Positions 41,086 through 51,069 of a stretch of 64,000 nt of DNA are shown one piece after another. A program made the translations under genes and the position numbers. The number at the start of each line of letters is the position of its first letter. Positions within the stretch are counted from its first letter, which is position 1. The stretch covers positions 1-64,000 of the forward strand of contig CAVWLW010000056.1 in assembly GCA_963755715.1 (NCBI GenBank), given 5' to 3'. The notes under the pieces were generated by a model, which saw nothing but the letters and a program-made list of their open reading frames with translations, was not told where the DNA came from and ran no database searches. This DNA is from an uncultured delta proteobacterium (lineage in GTDB: Bacteria > Desulfobacterota > Binatia > UBA9968).

Positions 41086-41830
41086 CATTAACGACTTCCG
41101 CAAGTATGGCTTGCTTCGCTTGCTGTGCGTTTCTGATCGCCTCCGATTGGGTGTTTGCTGGATGCTGACGGATACTGACAGCAGAACGGACGGGAAGTTT
41201 CTTAACTATCTTCATCAGCCGAAGAAATACCGGCATCGCGATCCTGAGCTATTCGATTGGCTGCAAAACGTGGTCGGGGTGGAACAAGATCGTCGCACGG
41301 CGCGAATCGAAGCCTCCATCCTCCTCGGTTCAGTGTTATTCGAGTCTGGGATTTTGGCGGATCACAAAGATAAACGGAGCGCCTATTTCTCTAAGTGTGC
41401 CACTTGTTTCGCTGGTTGTGACTTGGTCTTCTTCGATCCAGACAACGGCTTAGAGATCAAGTCAACTCATCTAGGACACAAGGACTCCAGTAAATTCCTA
41501 TATTGGAATGAGGTGTGCGGCACCTTTGAAGCGGGGTCATCGGTGCTGATTTACCAGCACTTCATTCGTGAAGAGCGAGACGGGTTCATTGCTAGAATGG
41601 CTTCCGAGTTGCAGCGCCGAACGAAGGCAGCTGCCGTTTTCTCATTCAGGACGCCACACGTTTTGTTCGTATTAGCGTCGCAAGAGAGACATGCTGCTGG
41701 CTTCCGGAAGAAACTCGGCGTTATTAAGTCGTTCTGGGCGCCAGAAGGAGATTGTCGCCCTGGAGCATGCGTCGCCGAACCATGCGCTGCATCTGACCGG
41801 GGTCGCCATTCCGATTTCGCAGAATTCTTA
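41063..41830 (+). CDS. Conserved hypothetical protein (MKxQYFGDINDFRKYGLLR type), 3' end uncertain and running into an attC-like site
   Basis: N-terminal QYFGDINDFRKYGLLR, DLVFFDPDNGLE, SVLIYQH; ORF-track extension to 42070 overlaps an opposite-strand gene. Confidence 0.65.
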
Positions 41831-41871
41831 GCCGCTCAGGCGGCACCGGCATGTGGGTTTGGTGGTTACGA
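41774..41871 (+). mobile_element. Degenerate integron attC-like recombination site
   Basis: R'' GCCGAAC, L''-like catgcgctgcatctgaccgggg, central stem ccggggtcgcc/ggcggcaccgg, R' GTTACGA; ~98 bp, at the 3' end of an ORF. Confidence 0.55.
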
Positions 41872-41933
41872 CAATGGCACAGACGGATCCAACTGCTTCG
41901 AGAAAAAGCTTCTCTGGTCCATTACCCCTCTTT

Positions 41934-43021
41934 CTACAATCCATAAAACGTCTTCGCATTGTCGTAGAGAATCTTCTGCACGGCGGACTGTGCGTAATCT
42001 CGCCTTGTCCGCGCGTTCTTTGAGCAAGCGCGGAAATTCGTATTCCATCGATGAATCGCGGTGGGTGTAGTCGGAGCCGACCATCAGGCTGTCTTCGCCG
42101 GCGACTTTTAGAATATAGGGCAGGTCTTCATCGACCTGGCAGGTGACGTACATGCGGTTGGCTTTGAGCAAATCCGAGGACAGCGAGTAGCGGGCGAACT
42201 GGCTGAAAGTCCCGGAACCGTCGGCGGCTTTTTCCATGCGCCGTTTGAGTTCCCAGGCGATGAAGGGAATCCATGAACAGCCGGCTTCGATGATGCCGAA
42301 ACGGAGCTTGGGATATTTCACCGGCAGTTGGTGGCGGATGATCGTGTGAAAGGCGTGCACCGTCGGGAGCTGCGAGCGCATGAACGAGCCGAGGGAAAAT
42401 TCGCGCGCCGGAACGAAGTCGGGCGTGCCGGAGCCGATGTGGACGCAGATCGGCAGGTCCAGGCGATTGGCTTCTTCGTACAAAGGAGAGAAATACGGAT
42501 CGGCGGGCCACTTGCCGGCTTCCAAGTCGCCTTTCTTCAAGAATGCCGCAGGCGCCGTGATCTTTGGCGAACTGGAGTTCCTTGATCGTTTCGTCCATGT
42601 TCATCAGCGGCGGCAGGCAGACCCAACGCAAGCGGCCATGGGATTCGGCGCAGCGGTCGGCGAGCCAGCGGTTGTAGCTGCGCCGTAGCGCAGTGGAAAC
42701 TTCCGGGCGCTCGGTTGCTTCCATCAAAAATAGCGTCGGATAAAGCACTTGCACTTCGGTGCCCATGGCGTCCATGTCGCGCAGCCGTTTCTGCACGTCC
42801 AATAGTTCGCGAGTCTCCACAGTCGTGCGCGTGTTGTTGTCATCGCGGACAAATCTCATCTGGCGGTGACCGTCGACGAGCCAGTAGCGAGTCGGGTTCT
42901 TCGAAGGATCGACACGGCTCGGATACTGGGTGATCGGTTTATACTCTTGCTCAAATTCGCGCAGATATTCCCAGGTCGCCTCGGTTTCGTCGATATGAGT
43001 GTCGGCATCGATGATTGGCAT
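41934..43021 (-). CDS. Amidohydrolase family protein (Amidohydro_2), frameshifts at ~42540 and ~42000
   Basis: IIDADTHIDE, VLYPT, YNRWLAD, CVHIG, IEAGCSW, GSDYTH, KILYDNAKTFYGL after frame correction. Confidence 0.85.
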
Positions 43022-43084
43022 GTTACACCTCTCGGTCGAATTTAAGTTTTGCGTTCGCCCCATCAATTGATAATCCAATCGCGA

Positions 43085-44188
43085 TCACTTTGTAAATAAC
43101 TTCTCTTGCAGGGCTTGCCACCTGTCGCTTTGCTCCAAAACCATGTCCGGGCGAAAAAAATTGGCCTTGGCGAATCGGCCGCCGCCTGGTTTCAGCTCTG
43201 GAGTTTTTGCCGCGACCTTCGGATGAGCCGGCAGATAATCGGCGCGCTGCAACACTCTTTGTCCTTCTTCGGACAAAAGAAAATCGGTGAACAACATCGC
43301 GGCATGGGGCCGCGGCGCATTCTTCGCCACGCCCGTAGTCCCCATGGGCGCGGGCACCGGCTCTAGAGGTTGCCAGTCCACCGGCGCGCCGGCGTTTTTG
43401 CTGATCTCGGCATGGTTGTTAAAAATATTGATGGCGATATCGTACTCGCCAGCGACCACCAGATCGACAATACCGCGGGCGCTGGCGGTGGCGGAAATAA
43501 CATTTTGTTTGGCCAGATTCTGCAAATAAGCAGTGCCGGCTTTTTCTCCAAGCGTCGAAATAATATTACCGATAAACAGCGGCGTGCCGGTGTTGGAAGC
43601 CATGTGCCAGGCCATGCGGCCTTTCCATTTCGGCTGCAATAAATCAGCGTAAGTCTTGGGCGCTTCGTTGGGTTTGATCCGGCGGGTGTTGTACGCCAGG
43701 GCCATAAAATACAAGTTGGTCGTGCTCCAATAACCCTGAGCGTCTTTCAGTTCTGCAGGGTAGTCGCGCAATGACGGCGAAGCAATGCGCAGCAGCAGAC
43801 CGGCTTTCTTGCCAAGCATGGTCACTTCGCTGCCGCCAACCACATCGGCTTCATAGCGCTTTGCGGTATTTTCGCTAAGCCACTTTTGCACCAGGCCGCG
43901 CGAGTTGGCGCGGTGGAAATCGACTGTGATGAACGGATACTTCTTCTCGAAGGCTTCTTTGAGCGGGCGCACCGCCTGATTGACGATCAGGGGCGTGTAC
44001 CACACCACCTTGCCTTCTTTCTTGGCCCCTTCTTCGAGAATTTTCTGACGCTCGGGGCTATTGAGCAAGGCGACTTCGGCGGCGGTCAAGGGTTGGGCCG
44101 CAGGACTAACTTGCGCCTCGGCCAAGGTTAGAAAAACACCGAGCAGACACGCGCTGACAAGCCTGAGTCTTTCAGACCCGTATGTCAT
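43085..44188 (-). CDS. Extracellular solute-binding protein, paralog of 38367..39458
   Basis: EGAKKEGKVVWYT, VVRP/AVRP, YPAELKD, AGAPVDWQPLEPV, LKPGGGRF shared with 38367 SBP. Confidence 0.88.
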   Translation of the reverse strand: MTYGSERLRLVSACLLGVFLTLAEAQVSPAAQPLTAAEVALLNSPERQKILEEGAKKEGKVVWYTPLIVNQAVRPLKEAFEKKYPFITVDFHRANSRGLVQKWLSENTAKRYEADVVGGSEVTMLGKKAGLLLRIASPSLRDYPAELKDAQGYWSTTNLYFMALAYNTRRIKPNEAPKTYADLLQPKWKGRMAWHMASNTGTPLFIGNIISTLGEKAGTAYLQNLAKQNVISATASARGIVDLVVAGEYDIAINIFNNHAEISKNAGAPVDWQPLEPVPAPMGTTGVAKNAPRPHAAMLFTDFLLSEEGQRVLQRADYLPAHPKVAAKTPELKPGGGRFAKANFFRPDMVLEQSDRWQALQEKLFTK

Positions 44189-44237
44189 TGCTTTCGCTCC
44201 GTGCAAAAAATCTTGCCTATCGCCCACCGAAACTGCG

Positions 44238-44262
44238 CGGGCCACTCGCTAGGAGTGGCCCG
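44238..44262. terminator. Hairpin between cupin and SBP genes (terminator or processing stem)
   Basis: cgggccactc-gctag-gagtggcccg 10-bp stem; no clear U tract. Confidence 0.4.
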
Positions 44263-44297
44263 TAACAACCGTGATCCGAATTTAGCAGGCCAAAAGA

Positions 44298-44789
44298 CTA
44301 GCCCGCCGACTCGGCAAAGAATTTGCCCATTTCGATGGGCGGCTTATTGCGGTTTTCCGGTGTGCCGCTGATGAGAGGTTTGCCGTCCGCGCCGAGGCGT
44401 GTTTCCTGACCGGCTTGCTGCTGTCCTTTTGTACCTGCGCCGACGCGTATCACGACCAGATTACCGTCGCCGGTATTGAGATAGCGGTAGTAAGCGCCCT
44501 TCGGTATCATCACGCCTTGATACTGTTTGACTTCGATCTCATTGCCGTTTTCATCGAACACGCTCATCTGGCCTTCCAGGACAATAAACGCGTGATCCTC
44601 GTTCAGATGCTTATGAATTTCATTTTCGCCGCCTTCGGCATTGATCTTGGTGTGAATCCATAGATTCGGCGTCTCGGCGACAAGTTGGGTGACGCGACCC
44701 TGTTTCATATAAGGCGTCTTCAATGAGAAAAGCTGTGTCTTTGGCTTGTCTTCAGCGCGGATTTTCGCTGCGGTCGCACTGGTTTGCAT
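44298..44789 (-). CDS. Cupin domain protein
   Basis: GGENEIHKH.NEDHAFIVLEG, GVMIPKGAYY.Y.NTG. Confidence 0.85.
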   Translation of the reverse strand: MQTSATAAKIRAEDKPKTQLFSLKTPYMKQGRVTQLVAETPNLWIHTKINAEGGENEIHKHLNEDHAFIVLEGQMSVFDENGNEIEVKQYQGVMIPKGAYYRYLNTGDGNLVVIRVGAGTKGQQQAGQETRLGADGKPLISGTPENRNKPPIEMGKFFAESAG

Positions 44790-44820
44790 TTTTCGTCTCC
44801 TTTGAAATTTTTTTCGGTGG

Positions 44821-44847
44821 AGATCCTTCGCATTCGCTCAGGATGAC
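44821..44847 (-). repeat. GTCATCCTGAGCGAATGCGAAGGATCT REP-like element
   Basis: agatccttcgcattcgctcaggatgac, same family as 4124-4249. Confidence 0.6.
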
Positions 44848-44874
44848 TTGCGCACGCTTTTTTGCGTGCGCAAG

Positions 44875-45930
44875 TCAGTTGTTAATACCGTCGATCTTCA
44901 GATCGTACAGCTTGATCACGTTTTCGCGCACGACTTTGCGCAGGACGTCTTTGGGCAGATGGCCAAGCTCGCGCGCGATTACGTCCCGCGAGTGCGGCCA
45001 GGTCGACGCGGCGTGCGGATAGTCGTTGGACCACATAAAGGTATCCTGGCCGAAGCGGTTCATCAGCTGGCCGCCGCACGGATCGCTAAAAAACGTCGCA
45101 TACACTTGATCGTTGACATATTCGCCGGGCAGTTTTTTCATGAACGGCAGCGGCACTTTGTTTTTGAAGCGCACATAATACTTGTCCCATTCATGCATGT
45201 AGAAGGGCAGCCAGGCGACTTCGTTCTCGACATAGACCAATTTCAATTTCGGAAAGCGCGCCAGCACGCCGGTAAATACCAGATCAAATAATGTGTTCGC
45301 CGCGTCATTGACCTTATCGTTCACGGCGGTCTTGTACGTATCGAGTCCCTTGCGCTCGAAGCGGCTGTAGTTAAAGCCGGTCAAGATGTGCAGGTTGACG
45401 GGCATATTCAGTTCGGCCGAGGCTTCCCAAAAGGGATCGTAATAATCGCTGGTAAAGGGCAGATGTGCGGGCGGCACCTGCCAGATCAAGCTGCCGATCA
45501 GCCCCGCCTTCTTGCAGCGCTCGAGCTCCTTGATGGCATTCTTGATATTGTAAAGCGAGATCATCGGGATGCCGATCAAGCGCCCCGGTGTCACTTTGCA
45601 GTAATCGATCATCCAGTCGTTGGCGATCTGGAAGCAGGCTTCCTGAAGTTCGGCGTCTTCTAACGCGAACAACCGCAGCCCGAGCGTGGGATAAAGCACT
45701 TCAGCGGAAACTCCGTCGACTTCCATCTCGCTGATGCGCGCCTTGGGGTCCCAACCGCCGTCGCGCTCGCCGGGCGAATTCCGTTTGGGAAAGTCGGGAT
45801 ACTTCGGTTTGAGAGACGGAGTGAGATTCTTGACCCACAAATCGTCCGCCTCCATGATGTGTGAATCCGCCGAAATGATTTTTTCGCCTGCCAACACCGA
45901 GTCGGCGGTATACGCTGCGGCTGTGCTCAT
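44875..45930 (-). CDS. Amidohydrolase family protein (Amidohydro_2)
   Basis: ISADSHIME, EVLYPTLG, NDWMIDYC, NLHI, VENEVAW, WSNDYPH. Confidence 0.92.
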   Translation of the reverse strand: MSTAAAYTADSVLAGEKIISADSHIMEADDLWVKNLTPSLKPKYPDFPKRNSPGERDGGWDPKARISEMEVDGVSAEVLYPTLGLRLFALEDAELQEACFQIANDWMIDYCKVTPGRLIGIPMISLYNIKNAIKELERCKKAGLIGSLIWQVPPAHLPFTSDYYDPFWEASAELNMPVNLHILTGFNYSRFERKGLDTYKTAVNDKVNDAANTLFDLVFTGVLARFPKLKLVYVENEVAWLPFYMHEWDKYYVRFKNKVPLPFMKKLPGEYVNDQVYATFFSDPCGGQLMNRFGQDTFMWSNDYPHAASTWPHSRDVIARELGHLPKDVLRKVVRENVIKLYDLKIDGINN

Positions 45931-46043
45931 CGCTAAATCCCTCGCTTTCAGTCAATCTTACCGTCGCCGATAACAGAAAATCTGCACATTTCAAACTGTG
46001 GAAACTTGCTCTTTCCTACGAAACCCACGTCATGAAGTCAAAC

Positions 46044-46943
46044 TCACTTTTTCTTCAACGGCAGCTTGCCGGCGCGCCACGGGGTTAGCCGGCTGTTTCC
46101 CGGAGTGACGGCAGTGCCTTCCATCTTCCCGTCGTTGATATTGCCGGTGAACTGATACGGATTCGCGCCGATCGCTAGTTTGAAGCTGATCTCGTTTCCT
46201 CGCAACAATGGCTCTTCGATTTTCATCGCACCGAGCCCGTAATCCGCCCATGCGCTTGTCAGCCGCTGATACTGTTGATCGAACGTCAAGACGACCATCT
46301 GTCGTTTGCCGCCGCCCAAATCGAGCTCCATGCGCCAGTCGCCGGTGACCAGGGTGGGAACGATCCATAAATAAATATATGCCTTGTCGGTGCCGTTGGC
46401 CGCCCTTTTTTCCGGCACGGTGAGGCTGACCTGGCGGTCCGGGTACCATTCGCTCATGTAATAATCGTGCGCGACAATGCGCGTACCGGGTTTCAACTCC
46501 GCCATGAGCTTGGGACGAAGCTTCTCCATGAAGTCCGGCAAAACATAGAGCGTCACCACCGTGGCTTTGCTGATATCAGCTTTGAACATGTCTTGCTCAA
46601 TGAACTTAGCGCGATCGCCGACGCCGTCGGACGTCGCCTGTTTGTTGGACAAGTTCACTAGCTTCGCATCGATGTCGACGCCGACGCCGCTGGCGCTAAA
46701 ATTTCGGGCAGCGGTGATAATCATCCGGCCGTCGCCCGAACCGAGATCGATGACAAAATCTTTCGCCGTGACACCAGCCAGCTTCAACATCTCATCGACC
46801 ACGATTTGCGGCGTTGGCACGTAAGGTAGCTTGCTTAACTCCTGGGCGTTCAGCGAGCTGGATAGAACGAGCGCAAATCCCGCCAACCAAAGTTTATTGA
46901 GCACGCGGATAAAAGCGGATGTCACGAGCTGCGATAGTTTCAT
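46044..46943 (-). CDS. Class I SAM-dependent methyltransferase with N-terminal signal peptide
   Basis: PYVPTP, VIDLGSGDGR, GVDID, ATVVTLY, LKPGTRIVAHDY. Confidence 0.85.
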   Translation of the reverse strand: MKLSQLVTSAFIRVLNKLWLAGFALVLSSSLNAQELSKLPYVPTPQIVVDEMLKLAGVTAKDFVIDLGSGDGRMIITAARNFSASGVGVDIDAKLVNLSNKQATSDGVGDRAKFIEQDMFKADISKATVVTLYVLPDFMEKLRPKLMAELKPGTRIVAHDYYMSEWYPDRQVSLTVPEKRAANGTDKAYIYLWIVPTLVTGDWRMELDLGGGKRQMVVLTFDQQYQRLTSAWADYGLGAMKIEEPLLRGNEISFKLAIGANPYQFTGNINDGKMEGTAVTPGNSRLTPWRAGKLPLKKK

Positions 46944-47133
46944 GTAGGTTCCTAAAAGGCCCGACCCATAATAACCCCATTTCATCGTGTGATTGCAAAT
47001 CACCGCGGGCGAATTTGTCGCGCAGTTACTTGACGCCCTTAATAAATCCCCCTATTTTCAGTGTTCCGACGTGGGACGGTGACGGGTCGCTAAAGTCGTC
47101 CGGCTGATTGTCGAAGCAAGGAGATCTGAGACC

Positions 47134-48168
47134 GTGAAATTCGGCTATTACATTCTCAACACCTATGTTCCGGAATTGGACGGCGGCAGCAGCGACGTGT
47201 ACAGCCATTGGTTGGAGCAGTTTGATGCGGCGGAATCGCTGGGTTTTGACACTCTTTGGGTGACCGAACACCATTTCCGTAATTTTGGCGGCATGATGCC
47301 GAGTCCATCGGTGATTCTCGCCGCTGCGGCCCAGCGCACCAAGCGCATGCGTCTGGGCGCCGCGGTCTCGATCATCCCGATGCACAATCCACTGCGCATC
47401 GCCGAAGAATTTGCCATGGTGGACCAGCTCTCCAGCGGGCGCCTGAACTTCGGCGCGGGACGCGGCATGCACCCGACGGAGTACACGGTCTTCGGTTATG
47501 ACTGGAGCAATGCGCAAAAGCGGCTACCCGAGGCGCTCGACATCGTCACGCGGGCGTGGAGCGGTGGCGAGTTCGAATGGCAGGGCGAGCACTATCGCTT
47601 TCCCAAGCTTCGGGTTTATCCTCAACCGCGTCAGAAACCACACCCGCCGATCTACGTCACAGCGAACCGCGATCCGGAAAGTTTCCAAATGATCGGGAAG
47701 CGGGGCTATCATTTGATGACGCTGCCGTGGGTCGCGACCAATGAGGAGCAGCGACTGCGCGTCGAGATATATTTGGCCGCCCTGCGCGACGGCGGTCACG
47801 CAGTCGAAGACAAAGACGTCTTTACGATGTATCCGATTTACGTCGGCGACAGTGACGCGCAGGCGCGCGCCGAAGTGATCGAGCACTGGTATCGTTGGCG
47901 CATATTTGCCCTCGAGGCGCAGAATTTCACTCCAGACAATCCGATGTACCAACGGGTCTTCGGCCACTTGGATTACGACGCGATGGTGCGCGACAGCCGA
48001 GGAATTTTCGGCGGACCGGAAACCTGCGTGCGAATTCTCAAGCGCGTTATCGAAGTTGTCGGCACGACGCACGTCGGCTTGACCTTTCACTTCGGCGGCT
48101 TGAGCCAGGAAAAAGTGCTGAAGTCGATGGAGCGCTGCGCTAGGCTGGTCTTGCCCGAGCTGCGATGA
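47134..48168 (+). CDS. LLM class flavin-dependent oxidoreductase
   Basis: WVTEHHF, PSPSV, TKRMRLG, PLRIAEEFAMVD..SGR..FG.GRG, PQPRQKPHPP. Confidence 0.92.
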   Translation: MKFGYYILNTYVPELDGGSSDVYSHWLEQFDAAESLGFDTLWVTEHHFRNFGGMMPSPSVILAAAAQRTKRMRLGAAVSIIPMHNPLRIAEEFAMVDQLSSGRLNFGAGRGMHPTEYTVFGYDWSNAQKRLPEALDIVTRAWSGGEFEWQGEHYRFPKLRVYPQPRQKPHPPIYVTANRDPESFQMIGKRGYHLMTLPWVATNEEQRLRVEIYLAALRDGGHAVEDKDVFTMYPIYVGDSDAQARAEVIEHWYRWRIFALEAQNFTPDNPMYQRVFGHLDYDAMVRDSRGIFGGPETCVRILKRVIEVVGTTHVGLTFHFGGLSQEKVLKSMERCARLVLPELR

Positions 48169-48244
48169 TCCGATATTGCCTACTCTAACTTCGCATACTC
48201 TTAACGCAATTTTGCGGTATCCTAATTGACTGGGCTTCAGCACC

Positions 48245-49750
48245 ATGTTACGAAGCCGAAAATTTTACGCGAATAATGCTGTGAAAACCCCACCATTCGA
48301 AGAACTCAGGTCATTGGATTTACAAAAGTGCAACAGCGTCGGCGATATCGTCAACGCCATGCGCTACTGCGCCTTCGGCGCGCGCATGCTTGGCGAAGTC
48401 GCCCACACGATTTTCGAGATGGTGACGGCGAAAGACAAGCCGATTCTCATCTATAGCGGCATCGCGGATGCGCCGCTCGGATTGCTATTAAAAAAATTCG
48501 TCTCGAATCGGTGGTGTCGCCGAATCATGCTGCCGTCGCAGTACGCGCGGGCGAAAAGCCGGGGCGAAAACGTCATCGTCGTCGGCGCTTTTTCCGAGCG
48601 CAACGCCGAGGCCATCTACAAAAAACCGGCGCGGGCGATCTTTATCAATCCATTCGACATGGCCCGCCCCGGACAGATTCGCGACGGCTATTTCCCCGAT
48701 GCGGTTTTCGCCGATCCGCGCTATGTGGTGCCGGTAATTTACGCGGCTCTCGATGAATGGATCAATGGCAAAGGGGGCAAACGGGGTTCGATCGGTGCGT
48801 TGCTTAGCGGGCTGGCGCGCTTCGGCGGCCTGGCGGCGCAAGTAGCGCGCGGCGCAAAGGCGCTCGAAGCGATGATTCACGACAAGCATTGCGCGCGCTT
48901 TTTAACCGTCAGCGGCGCGATGACCGTCGGCAAGATGGATCTGATCATTTGCGACATGATCGAGCAGGGGATGATTCAGGCGATCTCATCGACGGGCGCG
49001 CTGATGGCGCATGGTCTGGTCTCGTCGATCGGCTTGAAGCACTACAAGTACAATCCTAAATACGATGATACCGAGCTCGCCCGGCGCAAGCTCAACCGAG
49101 TGACGGACACTTTGGAGCCTGAAACCAACCTCGATACGGTAGAGGAAGTCATCGGCAAAGTGATCGAAAAGATCGACGGCAAAGAGATGTTCAGCCCGAT
49201 CGCGCTGAACAAGCTGATTGGCAAACATCTCGCCGAACATTATCCGAACGACCGCGGCATTCTGAAGTCGGCTTATCTCCACGGCGTGCCCGTGTTCGTG
49301 CCGGCTTTTGTCGATTCCGAGTTGGGCAACGACATTTACATCCACAACATCAAGCGGCGGCGGCGCGGCAAGAAACCGGTCCTGATGGATCTGGAGCGCG
49401 ACAGCAAGGAGCTGATCCGGCTCGTCACCGGCTCGAAACGCTTCGGTATTTTTTCCATCGGCGGCGGCGTGCCGCGCAACAACGTGCAAAACGTCGCGCC
49501 GCTGATCGAAATTATCAACGAGCGGCTCGGCCCGACTTTGCCCAATCGCCGCTTCAGTTACGGCGTGCGCATCTGCCCCGACAAGCCTCACTTCGGCCAT
49601 CTCTCGGGCTGCACCTATTCGGAAAACGAATCCTGGCGCAAGGCGGATAAGAACGGCATCTATGCCGAGATGCTCGCCGACGCGACACAAGTGTGGCCGT
49701 TTCTGGTCAAGTCCATCATGGAGAAAAGAGACGGCGGGTCGGCGCGATAA
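48245..49750 (+). CDS. Deoxyhypusine synthase / homospermidine synthase-like protein with N-terminal extension
   Basis: SGAMT, ISSTGA, PAFVDSELG, IGGGVPRN, GHLSGCTYSE..SWRK (catalytic Lys), DATQVWP. Confidence 0.85.
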   Translation: MLRSRKFYANNAVKTPPFEELRSLDLQKCNSVGDIVNAMRYCAFGARMLGEVAHTIFEMVTAKDKPILIYSGIADAPLGLLLKKFVSNRWCRRIMLPSQYARAKSRGENVIVVGAFSERNAEAIYKKPARAIFINPFDMARPGQIRDGYFPDAVFADPRYVVPVIYAALDEWINGKGGKRGSIGALLSGLARFGGLAAQVARGAKALEAMIHDKHCARFLTVSGAMTVGKMDLIICDMIEQGMIQAISSTGALMAHGLVSSIGLKHYKYNPKYDDTELARRKLNRVTDTLEPETNLDTVEEVIGKVIEKIDGKEMFSPIALNKLIGKHLAEHYPNDRGILKSAYLHGVPVFVPAFVDSELGNDIYIHNIKRRRRGKKPVLMDLERDSKELIRLVTGSKRFGIFSIGGGVPRNNVQNVAPLIEIINERLGPTLPNRRFSYGVRICPDKPHFGHLSGCTYSENESWRKADKNGIYAEMLADATQVWPFLVKSIMEKRDGGSAR

Positions 49751-49853
49751 GCGAAACCATCATGAGGTCTCGCTCTTTCCGATAAACGGATTAGGTAAAG
49801 TGTTCTGACTCCCAAAGGATGGATTCAGCGAAAACGGCGATCGGAGGACGAAA

Positions 49854-51008
49854 ATGAAACGCAGCACCGACCGAATTCTCATTACCCATGTAGGTAGCTT
49901 GGCGCGGCCCAAGGATTTAATGGACATGCTTTTGGCGCGCAACGAAGGCAAGCCGTTCGACAACAGTGCTCTCGCTCGGCGCACCCGCGAAGCCGTCGCC
50001 GAAGTCGTGGAGAAACAAATCGAATGCGGCGTCGACGTCATCAACGACGGCGAATTGGGAAAATCGAATTTCTCCCGTTATACGAAGGAGAGACTGGGCG
50101 GATTCGTCGAGCGTGCGGCGGGCCCCGATTTCAAACCGACGTCGATTTTCGGACGCGACCTGTTGGAGTTCACCGAATATTTCAACCGCGGCGGCAGGAC
50201 GTCCATCGGCCACCACGCGCGGGTCTTCCATTGCGTGGAACCGCTGAAATACGTCGGCCAGGAGGAAGTGAATGCCGACATCGCAAATCTCAAATTCGCG
50301 CTTCAGGACAAGAAATATGAAGAAGCATTTTTGCCCGCCGTGGCGCCGGGCACCCTGGAACATTGGATGAAGAATGATTTTTATAAAACCAATGAGGAAT
50401 ATCTCTTCGCTATCGCGGACGCCATGCGCGAAGAATACAAGGCCATCGTCGAAGCTGGCTTTATCTTGCAAATCGACGATCCGGACCTCGCCGACGCCTG
50501 GCAAATGCATCCCGAAATGAGCGTCGCGGATTATCGAAAGTATCAGGAGATGCGCATCGACGCGCTCAATCACGGGCTGCGCGATTTGCCGATCGATCGG
50601 ATTCGTTTTCACATGTGCTGGGGCAGTTATCACGGCCCGCACAAGTACGACATTCCTCTGAAAGACATCGCCGATCTCATCCTCAAAGTGCGTGCGGACG
50701 CTTACTCCATCGAGGCGTCGAATCCGTGTCACGATCACGAGTGGCGGGTGTGGGAAGACACAAAATTGCCGGATGGAAAGATTCTTATTCCCGGGGTAGT
50801 CGGTCACTACAGCGATTTCATTGAACACCCTCAGGCGATCGCTGATCGCTTGGTGCGTTATGCTAAAATCGTCGGTCGGGAAAATGTCATTGCCGGCACC
50901 GACTGCGGCATCGGTTCACGCGTCGGCCACCCGCAAGTCGGTTGGGCAAAATTTCAGGCGATGGCGGAAGGCGCGCGCATCGCGACCAAGGAATTGTGGG
51001 GCGAGTGA
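49854..51008 (+). CDS. Cobalamin-independent methionine synthase II family protein (MetE C-terminal-like)
   Basis: THVGSLARP, DVINDGE, LQIDDP, Zn ligands HMCWG, IEA, GTDCG. Confidence 0.9.
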   Translation: MKRSTDRILITHVGSLARPKDLMDMLLARNEGKPFDNSALARRTREAVAEVVEKQIECGVDVINDGELGKSNFSRYTKERLGGFVERAAGPDFKPTSIFGRDLLEFTEYFNRGGRTSIGHHARVFHCVEPLKYVGQEEVNADIANLKFALQDKKYEEAFLPAVAPGTLEHWMKNDFYKTNEEYLFAIADAMREEYKAIVEAGFILQIDDPDLADAWQMHPEMSVADYRKYQEMRIDALNHGLRDLPIDRIRFHMCWGSYHGPHKYDIPLKDIADLILKVRADAYSIEASNPCHDHEWRVWEDTKLPDGKILIPGVVGHYSDFIEHPQAIADRLVRYAKIVGRENVIAGTDCGIGSRVGHPQVGWAKFQAMAEGARIATKELWGE

Positions 51009-51069
51009 CCTTTTTTGATGATTGCCCCGACCAGGGCAGTGAATCGGATTGCGCGCAATCCAAAACAAC

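Noticed and set aside
41831-42070. C-terminal extension of the 41063 ORF
   Set aside because: Runs through the attC-like site into an opposite-strand amidohydrolase; probably a frameshift artefact
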